A stretch of 64,000 nt of DNA, from contig CANQWB010000002.1 of assembly GCA_947627435.1 (NCBI GenBank), positions 16,643 through 80,642 of the forward strand. The letters run 5' to 3'. A program made the position numbers and the translations under genes. This stretch comes from an uncultured Bacilli bacterium (GTDB lineage: Bacteria; Bacillota_I; Bacilli_A; RF39; UBA660). Positions 18,431-26,993 of the stretch are shown piece after piece. How positions within the stretch are numbered: position 1 is the stretch's first letter; each line of letters opens with the position of its first letter. The notes beneath the pieces were generated by a model. The model searched no databases and was not told where the DNA came from. It saw only the letters and a program-made list of their open reading frames with translations.

Positions 18431-18536
18431 GGAAGTGAGTTAAATGGAAAATCGAGAAAATCAGACAAATATCAACTGGGATATCGGGATAAATGTAAAA
18501 CCACTCGCAAACCTTTATAAAATAAGAATATCTTAA
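18431..18536 (+). pseudogene. decayed duplicate of the rbgA RBS and 5' end
   Basis: GGAAGTGAgttaaATG..ACAAATATCAACTGGgatatCGGG parallels 21507-21560 (GGAAGTGAtaaaaATG..ACAAACATCAACTGGtatcCGGG). It encodes MENRENQTNINWDIG.. versus RbgA MNENKTNINWYPGHM, with a stop at 18534-18536. Confidence 0.55.
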
Positions 18537-18585
18537 AAATAAGCTTTTATATATTTAAGAAAATTTATAGATTGGAGATGAGATA

Positions 18586-19608
18586 ATGAATCAATTGGAA
18601 GAACAAAATAATTTATTAATATATAAAAATAAAGATGGCAATGTAGTTGTTGATGCAATTTATAAAGAAGAAACTTTATGGCTTACCCAAAAAGGAATGT
18701 CTAAAGTTTTCGATTGTTCGACAGATAACATATCATTGCATTTAAAAAATATATTTAAAGATAATGAACTAGATGAAAAGTCAGTTGCCGAGGATTCCTC
18801 GGTAACTGCTTCAGACGGTAAAAATTATAAAACAAAAATATATAATCTTGATGCTATAATTGCAGTAGGTTATCGAGTAAATTCTAAAAAAGCAACTGAA
18901 TTTAGAATTTGGGCAACTAAAATACTGAAAGAATATATGATAAAAGGTTTTGCTCTAAATGATGAAAGATTTATAAATGGGAATAAATTTAGCACGCAAT
19001 ACTTTAATGAATTATTAGAAAGAATTAAAACCATTAGAGTAAGTGAAAGAATGGCTTATCAAAAAATAACAGATTTATTTATTGCAACATCATCTGATTA
19101 TAATCCTAAAACTGAAGAGGCATACACATTTTTTAAAATAGTACAAAATAAACTTCATTATGCAATAAGTGGTCATACTGCTGCTGAATTAATTTATACA
19201 AGAGCGAGTGCTAATAAAGAAAATATGGGACTTACTAATTGGAAAAATAGTCCGGATGGGTTAATATATAAATATGATGTTTCTATTGCTAAAAACTATT
19301 TAACTGAAGAAGAGTTAAATAAGTTAAATCGTTTGACGGTAGCATTTTTAGATTATGCGGAAGATATGGCTTATGAACATAAAGTTATGACTATGAAAGA
19401 TTGGATAAATGCAACAGATAAATTATTAAAATTTAGAGACAAAAATATTTTAACACATTCTGGTAAAATAACTCATAAGGAAGCAGTGGATAAAGCCGAA
19501 AGCGAATATGAAAAATATAGAGTAATTCAAGATCAAAAATATATATCTTCCATGGATGAATTTTATAATAAATATCTTAAAGAAAGCAGTGATTCAACTG
19601 GAAAATAA
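18586..19608 (+). CDS. RhuM-family protein (virulence protein RhuM family)
   Basis: ..NVVVDAIYKEETLWLTQKGMSKVFDCSTDNISLHLKNIF..KTKIYNLDAIIAVGYRVNSKKATEFRIWATKILKEYMIKGF.. is the characteristic RhuM N-terminal half. Confidence 0.75.
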   Translation: MNQLEEQNNLLIYKNKDGNVVVDAIYKEETLWLTQKGMSKVFDCSTDNISLHLKNIFKDNELDEKSVAEDSSVTASDGKNYKTKIYNLDAIIAVGYRVNSKKATEFRIWATKILKEYMIKGFALNDERFINGNKFSTQYFNELLERIKTIRVSERMAYQKITDLFIATSSDYNPKTEEAYTFFKIVQNKLHYAISGHTAAELIYTRASANKENMGLTNWKNSPDGLIYKYDVSIAKNYLTEEELNKLNRLTVAFLDYAEDMAYEHKVMTMKDWINATDKLLKFRDKNILTHSGKITHKEAVDKAESEYEKYRVIQDQKYISSMDEFYNKYLKESSDSTGK

Positions 19609-19609
19609 T

Positions 19610-20014
19610 ATGATGATTCTAAATGACATCAATATTGGCATAAGTAAAATTGAATTAGATAAAAGTGATTTAAGAATTATTGATAAATCTGGTAGATATT
19701 GTTTTCGAGTTGTTATATATTATAATTGGAAAGAAATAGATAATATAAAAAACGGTGAAAAAGTAGAAATTAATTTTAATGAATATATATTATCAGAGAA
19801 TAATGCATCAGCATTAATTTGGCCTACTAATTCTTATGTAAAAAGAATAACGAATGATTCTTTATGCTTTTATTTTCATTTTGAAAATATTCCAGAAACA
19901 ATTACTTATATGAATCAAAGAAATGTTTTTGATATTGTACCTAGTTCTCTTGAAGTTAAAGTTTTACTAAATCATAAAGATGCTAAGAATGGTTCTATTA
20001 TCTATGAAATTTAA
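19610..20014 (+). CDS. hypothetical protein
   Basis: ATG 19610 lies 1 nt after the RhuM stop, suggesting translational coupling. 134 aa with no recognisable motif. Confidence 0.5.
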   Translation: MMILNDINIGISKIELDKSDLRIIDKSGRYCFRVVIYYNWKEIDNIKNGEKVEINFNEYILSENNASALIWPTNSYVKRITNDSLCFYFHFENIPETITYMNQRNVFDIVPSSLEVKVLLNHKDAKNGSIIYEI

Positions 20015-20117
20015 TTTCGTCGAATTCGACGGGTTTAGAAAAATTAAAAATGTAGTTTATTTTAATAGGAGAAAATAAAAAGTTAGAATTATAAAGATGA
20101 AGGAGTAATGATTTTAG

Positions 20118-20570
20118 ATGAGTATAATTACAAGTGCCAGTGGTTCGTCATGTTGGAGAGGATTAGATTATTATAAAAATAAAAAAATTAAAAATATAAA
20201 AAAATTAAATAATAATGAGTATACAAGTATCGTTTCAGGAAATAAAGATTATAATGTTTATCTTAATTTAGAACATCCTAGAAAGTCAACATGCAATTGT
20301 CCTCTGGCTAATGGAAAACGTATTATTTGTAAACATATTGTTGCAACTTATTTTAGTGCTGTTCCAAATAGTGCTAAAAATTTTGAAGAAGAACAAGAAA
20401 AATTACAACAAGAATATGAAGAATATGAAGAAAGACAATACAAAAACGCCATAGACTATTTACATAAAATGACTAAAAAAGAATTAATTGAAGAACTTGT
20501 TTATATTTTTGATTATGCTCCAGAATGGATTTATACTGATTTTGTTAGAAGAAATGATATAGAAGGGTAA
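20118..20570 (+). CDS. SWIM zinc-finger protein
   Basis: CNCPLANGKRIICKHIV fits the SWIM CxCx(n)CxH signature. The C-terminal half is acidic and coiled-coil. Confidence 0.65.
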   Translation: MSIITSASGSSCWRGLDYYKNKKIKNIKKLNNNEYTSIVSGNKDYNVYLNLEHPRKSTCNCPLANGKRIICKHIVATYFSAVPNSAKNFEEEQEKLQQEYEEYEERQYKNAIDYLHKMTKKELIEELVYIFDYAPEWIYTDFVRRNDIEG

Positions 20571-20616
20571 ATTTGCAAATTTTATGATAAAAAAATTTAT
20601 GAAAGGAAGTGACTTT

Positions 20617-21501
20617 ATGGTAAATAAATCAAAAAATAATATAGTAAATAAAGTTTTAAATGATAAATATAATGACAGTACTTTTGAAAGTATAAAACAT
20701 TTAGATGATTATGGAAATGAATATTGGTATGCGCGTGAATTACAAAAAGCATTAGACTATAAAGATTGGAGAAATTTTGAAAAAGTAATAGATAAAGCAA
20801 TTATATCAGCAAATAATAGTATTTCAATTAAGGAAGATTGGGTTGTTGAAGTCAACAAGCCAATAAAAACTGGTAAAGGAAAAGAAGAATTTATTAAAGA
20901 TTATAAATTGTCTAGATATATATGCTATCTTATAGTGCAAAATGCCGATCCAAGTAAAGAAGTTGTTGCTTTAGGACAAACTTACTTTGCTATTCAAACA
21001 AGAAAACAGGAAATTACAGAGCAAGAATATGAAACTTTATCAGATGATGAAAAAAGATTTTATCAAAGAAAATTAACTAGGCAAGGTAATTATACGCTTC
21101 AAAAAGTCGCTTCATCTGCTGGTGTTAAAAATATGGCAGAATTTCATAATGCAGGTTATAGAGGATTATATAATGGTGAAACAGCTGATGATATTTTTAA
21201 AAGAAAAAAATTACGTTATAGAGAAGATATATTAGATAATATGAACGAAGATGAGTTAGTAGCTAATCTATTTAGAATAAATCAAACAAAACAAAGATTA
21301 ATACGAGATAACGTAAAAGGTGAGAATAATGCCAAGGTTGTTCACTACGAAGTTGGTAAAAAGGTACGAAAAGCCATTCAAGATATTGGTGGAATGATGC
21401 CTGAAGAAATGCCAACACCAAAGAAAAGTTTAAAAGAACTTGAAAAAGCAAAGAAAAGATTAGAAAATAAAGAACAAGAAAAACTTGAAGAAGTTAAATA
21501 A
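20617..21501 (+). CDS. dinD: DNA damage-inducible protein D (DinD) family
   Basis: Collinear with E. coli DinD as I recall it: FESIKH..GNEYWYAREL.., LSRYICYLIVQNADP, GQTYFAIQTRKQE, DELVANLFRINQT, GGMMPEEMPTPKKS. AAGGAAG RBS then ATG 20617. Confidence 0.85.
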   Translation: MVNKSKNNIVNKVLNDKYNDSTFESIKHLDDYGNEYWYARELQKALDYKDWRNFEKVIDKAIISANNSISIKEDWVVEVNKPIKTGKGKEEFIKDYKLSRYICYLIVQNADPSKEVVALGQTYFAIQTRKQEITEQEYETLSDDEKRFYQRKLTRQGNYTLQKVASSAGVKNMAEFHNAGYRGLYNGETADDIFKRKKLRYREDILDNMNEDELVANLFRINQTKQRLIRDNVKGENNAKVVHYEVGKKVRKAIQDIGGMMPEEMPTPKKSLKELEKAKKRLENKEQEKLEEVK

Positions 21502-21519
21502 TTTACGGAAGTGATAAAA

Positions 21520-22395
21520 ATGAATGAAAATAAAACAAACATCAACTGGTATCCGGGTCATATGGCAAAAACAAAACGTCTCATTTTAGAAAAAATAGAT
21601 TTAATAGATGTCGTCTATGAAGTAATAGATGCAAGAATACCATATTCTTCTAAAATTATAGATATTGAACAATATATTAAAAATAAACCACGTATTTTAA
21701 TTTTGAATAAAATGGATTTATGTGATCCAAAAGAGACGGAAAAATGGATACATTATTATGAAGAAAAAGGATATATAGTGCTTGGTATGGATTTGATGCA
21801 CTCGACTAACATCAAACCCCTTTTAGACGCTACGGCAAAATGTTTGGAACAAGAAAGTATGAAACGTTCCCAAAAAGGATTAAAGATGAGAAAAGCAAGA
21901 GTGCTTGTTGTGGGTATTCCAAATGTAGGGAAATCTACATTAATTAATCGTTTAGTAGGGAAAAAAGCAGTAGTAGTAGGAAATAAGCCAGGAGTTACCA
22001 AAAATTTAGACTGGATTCGTATTAACGATACATTAGAACTATTAGATTCACCAGGAATTTTATGGCCAAAATTTGAAAATGAAACAGTATCTTTTAATCT
22101 TGCTTCCTTAACTGCAATCAAAGAAGAAGTTTTACCATTAGAAGAAGTAGTTATCTATATATTACATACATTAGAACGATATTATCCACAAATCTTACAA
22201 GAACGCTATGGAATTGACCATTTAGAAGAAGATATTGTAGAAACTTTAGACTGGATTGGTAAAAGAAGAGGATGTTTGATTCGTGGTGGAGAAGTAGATT
22301 ATGAAAAAGTTTATACAGTAATTTTAAATGATATCAAAGAGGGTCATATCAAAGGTATTACCTTTGATCGTATGGAGGATATCCATGAATCATGA
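21520..22395 (+). CDS. rbgA: ribosome biogenesis GTPase A (RbgA/YlqF)
   Basis: NWYPGHMAKTKR, then the circularly permuted GTPase order NKMDL (G4), GIPNVGKST (G1), DSPG (G3). Confidence 0.9.
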   Translation: MNENKTNINWYPGHMAKTKRLILEKIDLIDVVYEVIDARIPYSSKIIDIEQYIKNKPRILILNKMDLCDPKETEKWIHYYEEKGYIVLGMDLMHSTNIKPLLDATAKCLEQESMKRSQKGLKMRKARVLVVGIPNVGKSTLINRLVGKKAVVVGNKPGVTKNLDWIRINDTLELLDSPGILWPKFENETVSFNLASLTAIKEEVLPLEEVVIYILHTLERYYPQILQERYGIDHLEEDIVETLDWIGKRRGCLIRGGEVDYEKVYTVILNDIKEGHIKGITFDRMEDIHES

Positions 22396-22756
22396 TATTA
22401 ATGTACTTGCTTTAGCATACTTAGGAGATGCTATTTACGAATGTCATATTCGTGAATATTTAATTCGTAAAGGATATGTAAAAGTAAAAGAATTACAAAC
22501 TCAGGCTATTTTATATGTGAGTGCAAAAAACCAATGTAAATTTTTAAAACAAATGATAGATGCAAATTATTTTAGCGAAGAAGAATTAGACATTGTCTAC
22601 CGAGCAAGAAATCATAAGAGCCATAAGAGTCCCAAAAATACAGATGTTGCAACCTATAAATATGCAACCGGCTTAGAAGCTTTAATTGGATATCTGTATT
22701 TAGAAAAACGGGAAGAACGAATAAAACAAATTATGAATGATATAGTAGGAGAATAA
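22385..22756 (+). CDS. mrnC: Mini-ribonuclease 3
   Basis: LAYLGDAIYECHIREYL and YKYATGLEALIGYLYL motifs. GGAGGA RBS then ATG 22385, overlapping the rbgA end. Confidence 0.85.
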   Translation: MNHDINVLALAYLGDAIYECHIREYLIRKGYVKVKELQTQAILYVSAKNQCKFLKQMIDANYFSEEELDIVYRARNHKSHKSPKNTDVATYKYATGLEALIGYLYLEKREERIKQIMNDIVGE

Positions 22757-22758
22757 GT

Positions 22759-23454
22759 ATGTATATTTATGGAAAAAATGTAGTAACAGAATATATTAAA
22801 AATAATAAAAAAATACAAAAAGCGTATATTTATAAGAATTTTAATGATGAATTTATTATTTCTGCTTTACAAAAAAGGAATATTGGAATCAAATTAGTAG
22901 AAAAAAGAGAATTAGATCAACTTGCAAATGGAATGCATCAAGGTGTAATATTAAATGTGCCAGATTATGAGTATGCTAATTTAGAGGAATTATTTGTAAA
23001 TGAAAATCCGCTACTCGTCATTTTGGATCATTTAGAAGATCCTCATAACTTTGGTGCTATTATCAGAACCTGTGAAGCAGCAGGTGTGGATGGTATTATT
23101 ATTCCAAAAGATCGTAGTGTCAGTGTTAATTCCACTGTAATTAAAGTGAGTACTGGTGCGATTGATCATATCAAAATCGCATGTGTAACCAATTTGAATC
23201 AAACAATCAAAGAACTGAAACAAAATGGATTTTGGATTGTTGGAACGGATATGGAAGGAACAAACTATGATCAGATTGACTATACAGGTAAACTTGCTAT
23301 CGTAATTGGTAATGAAGGATCTGGTATGAGTCGTTTGGTACAAGAATCTTGCGATTTTATTGCCAAAATTCCCATGCAAGGAACAGTGAACAGTTTGAAT
23401 GCTTCCGTTGCAACAGGCATTATTGTATTTGAAGCAGTATTAAAAAGAAAGTAG
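22759..23454 (+). CDS. rlmB: 23S rRNA (guanosine2251-2'-O)-methyltransferase RlmB (SpoU/TrmH family)
   Basis: DPHNFGAIIRT, IVIGNEGSGMS and SLNASVATGI motifs. Bacillus-like position after mrnC. Confidence 0.85.
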   Translation: MYIYGKNVVTEYIKNNKKIQKAYIYKNFNDEFIISALQKRNIGIKLVEKRELDQLANGMHQGVILNVPDYEYANLEELFVNENPLLVILDHLEDPHNFGAIIRTCEAAGVDGIIIPKDRSVSVNSTVIKVSTGAIDHIKIACVTNLNQTIKELKQNGFWIVGTDMEGTNYDQIDYTGKLAIVIGNEGSGMSRLVQESCDFIAKIPMQGTVNSLNASVATGIIVFEAVLKRK

Positions 23455-23462
23455 ATGAAAAT

Positions 23463-24071
23463 ATGGATTATAAAGAATATAACGATTATGAATTATTACA
23501 TTATATTAGTGAAAATCATGAAGATGCAAGTGATATTCTTTATCAAAAATATCAACCATATATTCAAAAACTTGCCCGTAAACTATATCCTTATGTAAAA
23601 GGTGCAGGATTAGACCAAAATGATTTGATACAAGAAGGTATGCTAGGGCTTATGAGTGCAATTGATCATTTTCAGGATTATAAAGATGCTACATTCTATA
23701 CCTTTGCGACTACATGTATTAGACACAAGATGTTTAGTGTTGTCATTTCTACAAAACGTTTGAAGTATAAAATATTAAATGAATCTATTCCAATTGAAAT
23801 CGTCGATGAACAAGGAGATAACTATTCTTTAGAATATCGTTTTGGCGATGAAACATCCAATCCAGAAAACGTCTTACTCAACAACGAAAAAGAAGCTTAT
23901 ATTCTCAATTTAGCAAAAGATAAATTAACACCTATGGAAGAAGCAGTATTTGAACTTAAAATGAGTGGGTTTCAATATAAAGAAATCGCACAAATTTTAG
24001 ATAAAGAACCAAAAGCAATCGATAATGCGATACAAAGAATTCGAAATAAATTAAAAGAAATATTGAAATAA
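23463..24071 (+). CDS. sigH: RNA polymerase sigma factor, SigH-like
   Basis: DLIQEGMLGLMSAIDHF (region 2), C-terminal HTH ..YKEIAQILDKEPKAIDNAIQRIRNKL like B. subtilis SigH, and mrnC-rlmB-sigH synteny. Confidence 0.65.
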   Translation: MDYKEYNDYELLHYISENHEDASDILYQKYQPYIQKLARKLYPYVKGAGLDQNDLIQEGMLGLMSAIDHFQDYKDATFYTFATTCIRHKMFSVVISTKRLKYKILNESIPIEIVDEQGDNYSLEYRFGDETSNPENVLLNNEKEAYILNLAKDKLTPMEEAVFELKMSGFQYKEIAQILDKEPKAIDNAIQRIRNKLKEILK

Positions 24072-24108
24072 TTTATATAGTAAGATATAATGTAGTTGGG
24101 GGAATGGT

Positions 24109-24699
24109 ATGACAGATTTAGATTTAATACGTGTAAAAGAAACATATGAAAAATTAAAAAACATCCAAAAAAAGGTAAATGAATTTAAAAAGTTAGCCCA
24201 AGAATCAAAAATTGACGATATGGAAAGAATAAGGGAAAATCCAGAATATCAGGATATATTAGGGCAATTACTTCAATTACCAAGAGGAATAAATATTGAT
24301 TCAGATGAGGAAATATTGGATATCGCTTCACAAAAAATATATGATGGGATTCGATCTGAAAACAATACGAATGGCATTTTTGTTTATTTACATTCTTATA
24401 CGTTTGGGACTGCTGAACAGGAATTTGATATCATAGAAGTACCTTATGATTATCAAGGAATTCATTGGCGTGAATATCGTGATATTGAGTCCAGAAATGC
24501 AGATTCTAATACGATTGTTTATTCGCAATTTTTTAAAGAGTTTTATGACAACAATCAAGTTTTATTTTCACCAACTGGTATGGATCCAATGCAATACTAT
24601 CAAGAAGTAAGAAGAACATTTTTTAAAGCGGCAATAGAAAGTAATCAAAAAGAAGCATGTAAAACCATTTATAAACGTTATTTGATTCCTAAAGAATAG
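24109..24699 (+). CDS. hypothetical protein
   Basis: 196-aa ORF with GGGGGAATGG RBS context. I recognise no family. Confidence 0.5.
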   Translation: MTDLDLIRVKETYEKLKNIQKKVNEFKKLAQESKIDDMERIRENPEYQDILGQLLQLPRGINIDSDEEILDIASQKIYDGIRSENNTNGIFVYLHSYTFGTAEQEFDIIEVPYDYQGIHWREYRDIESRNADSNTIVYSQFFKEFYDNNQVLFSPTGMDPMQYYQEVRRTFFKAAIESNQKEACKTIYKRYLIPKE

Positions 24700-24736
24700 T
24701 AAGATAGCAATATCTTATTTTTTTTTTTTGCTATTT

Positions 24737-24763
24737 TTAGCACTCTATATTGACAAGTGCTAA
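24737..24763 (+). promoter_or_regulatory. CIRCE element (HrcA operator)
   Basis: TTAGCACTC-tatattgac-AAGTGCTAA compared with the consensus TTAGCACTC-N9-GAGTGCTAA (one mismatch). It overlaps the -35 of the clpB promoter. Confidence 0.8.
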
Positions 24764-24777
24764 AAACGTGCTATAAT
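24750..24777 (+). promoter_or_regulatory. sigma-A promoter of clpB
   Basis: TTGACA (24750-24755), 16-nt spacer, TATAAT (24772-24777), with TGc giving an extended -10. Confidence 0.7.
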
Positions 24778-24823
24778 GAATATTATGGGAGTGAAAATAC
24801 CATAAGAAAAAGGAGGAATACGG

Positions 24824-26920
24824 ATGAATCAAAATGTTGAGGAAGAAAATGTATTAGAAAAATATGGACGAGACATTACAGAAAGCGTCAAACAAGGTAA
24901 GGTAGATCCTGTTATCGGCCGTGACGATGAGGTCAGAAGTATCACTCGAATCTTATCTAGAAAAACAAAAAATAATCCGGTTTTAATAGGAGAACCAGGT
25001 GTGGGAAAGACTGCTATTGTAGAGGGACTTGCCAGCAGAATTGTCAAAGGTGATGTTCCTAATAGTTTAAAAAATAAAATCATTTGGGAACTCGATATGG
25101 GTGCTTTAATTGCGGGTGCAAAATATCGTGGAGAATTCGAAGAGAGATTAAAAGCAGTATTGAAAGAAATTAAAGATAGCAATGGGGAAATTATTTTATT
25201 TATAGATGAAATTCATATGATTGTAGGAAGTGGAGCAGAAGGTGCGATTGATACCAGCAACATGTTAAAACCAATGCTTGCCCGTGGTGAAATTAAAGTG
25301 ATTGGCGCAACTACATTAAATGAATATCGAAAATATATTGAAAAAGATGGAGCCTTAGAACGTCGTTTTCAACGTGTGCAAGTAAAAGAACCAACTGTGA
25401 TGGATACGATTACTATATTGCGTGGTCTAAAACCTAGATTTGAAGTGTATCATGGCGTTACAATTAAAGATAAAGCAATTATTGCCGCTGCTACTTTATC
25501 AGATCGTTATATTACTGATCGTTTCCTACCAGATAAGGCAATTGATCTAATCGATGAAGCCTGTGCGACCATTAAAGTACAAATGGATTCTGTTCCAACA
25601 GAATTAGATAATTTGACAAGGGAAATTATGCAATTAGAAATTGAAGCAGAAGCTATTAAGAAAGATAAAGATGAAATGTCTAAAATGCGTGTTTCTGAAA
25701 TCAAAGAAAAAATACAAATATTAAAAGAAAAAGAATCTCAGTTACGTACCAATTGGGAACATGAAAAACATATTAATGAAAGCATTAATGCCAAAAAAGA
25801 AGAAATAGAGAAAAATCGTTTTGCCTTGGAACAGGCTGAAAATAATTATGACTTAGAAACAGCGGCAAAATTAAGACACGGTGTATTACCAACATTAGAA
25901 CGTGAATTAGAAGAATTGAAAGCACAAGATACTTCTAAATTACTCAGTGATACAGTAGATGAAGAAGATATTGCGGGTATTATATCTAAATGGACTAATA
26001 TTCCGATTCAAAAATTAGTTGGTGGTGAAAGAGAAAAATTAATTCATCTAGAAGAAAATATGAAAAAACGTGTCAAAGGACAAGATGAAGCATTAGAATT
26101 AGTTAGTGAAGCAATTATTCGTGCGCGTGCGGGTATCAAAGATCCAAAACGTCCAATTGGCTCATTCATTTTTTTAGGACCTACTGGTGTTGGAAAAACA
26201 GAAGTAGCACGTACTCTTGCTTACGAGCTGTTTGATGATGAACGTCATATGGTGCGCATTGATATGAGTGAATATATGGAAGCACATTCTGTATCGCGTT
26301 TAGTAGGAGCTCCTCCAGGCTATGTAGGCTATGACGAGGGTGGCCAATTAACAGAAGCTGTAAGAAGAAATCCATATAGTATTGTATTATTTGATGAAAT
26401 TGAAAAAGCACATCGTGATGTATTCAATATTTTATTACAAATTTTAGATGATGGACGTATTACCGATTCTCAAGGTCGAACAGTTGATTTTAAAAATACT
26501 ATTATTATTATGACTTCCAATTTAGGAAGCAACTATATATTAGAAAATACGTCAAATAGTAATGAACTGGTAATGCAAGAGTTAAGACATACTTTTAAAC
26601 CTGAGTTTATTAATCGTATTGATGAAATTATCATTTTTAAATCACTCTCAAAAGAAGTCATTTATGATATATTAGATAAAATTATTTTGGAAATCGAAGA
26701 TCGTCTCCAAAATCAAAAAATCAAATTACAATTAACAGCTAGAGCACGTGATTTTATTATTGATGCTTCTTATGATGAAACTTATGGCGCACGTCCAATT
26801 AAGCGATATGTAAGTCGTCATTTAGAAACATTACTTGCTAATGCACTGTTATTGGAACAAATTCAACCAAACTCTACTGTAACAATAGATGTGCAAGATG
26901 AAAGATTGGTTTTGAAATAA
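24824..26920 (+). CDS. clpB: ClpB-type AAA+ disaggregase lacking the N-terminal domain
   Basis: Two AAA+ modules ([13 protein letters not shown]; [17 protein letters not shown]) separated by a coiled-coil M-domain of about 120 aa. The protein starts at the NBD1 linker (..[19 protein letters not shown]). Confidence 0.85.
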   Translation: MNQNVEEENVLEKYGRDITESVKQGKVDPVIGRDDEVRSITRILSRKTKNNPVLIGEPGVGKTAIVEGLASRIVKGDVPNSLKNKIIWELDMGALIAGAKYRGEFEERLKAVLKEIKDSNGEIILFIDEIHMIVGSGAEGAIDTSNMLKPMLARGEIKVIGATTLNEYRKYIEKDGALERRFQRVQVKEPTVMDTITILRGLKPRFEVYHGVTIKDKAIIAAATLSDRYITDRFLPDKAIDLIDEACATIKVQMDSVPTELDNLTREIMQLEIEAEAIKKDKDEMSKMRVSEIKEKIQILKEKESQLRTNWEHEKHINESINAKKEEIEKNRFALEQAENNYDLETAAKLRHGVLPTLERELEELKAQDTSKLLSDTVDEEDIAGIISKWTNIPIQKLVGGEREKLIHLEENMKKRVKGQDEALELVSEAIIRARAGIKDPKRPIGSFIFLGPTGVGKTEVARTLAYELFDDERHMVRIDMSEYMEAHSVSRLVGAPPGYVGYDEGGQLTEAVRRNPYSIVLFDEIEKAHRDVFNILLQILDDGRITDSQGRTVDFKNTIIIMTSNLGSNYILENTSNSNELVMQELRHTFKPEFINRIDEIIIFKSLSKEVIYDILDKIILEIEDRLQNQKIKLQLTARARDFIIDASYDETYGARPIKRYVSRHLETLLANALLLEQIQPNSTVTIDVQDERLVLK

Positions 26921-26945
26921 AAGTATTGGAATAATACTTTTTTTC
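26921..26945 (+). terminator. intrinsic terminator after clpB
   Basis: AAGTATT-ggaat-AATACTT stem followed by a T-run. Confidence 0.55.
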
Positions 26946-26993
26946 TTGCTCATAAAATTTTAAAATAGTATAATAACAATATAGGTGAGTATT

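Noticed and set aside
20018-20031. Perfect 14-bp palindrome CGTCGAATTCGACG (contains an EcoRI site) just after the orphan ORF 19610..20014.
   Set aside because: It is most simply a short, weak terminator hairpin or a chance palindrome. There is no second copy and no flanking repeat structure to suggest an operator or a recombination site.
24824-24900. The possibility that the clpB start is mis-set and an N-domain is encoded upstream.
   Set aside because: A strong RBS (AAAGGAGG) precedes ATG 24824, and the CIRCE and promoter lie at 24737-24777. No in-frame coding potential exists between them.
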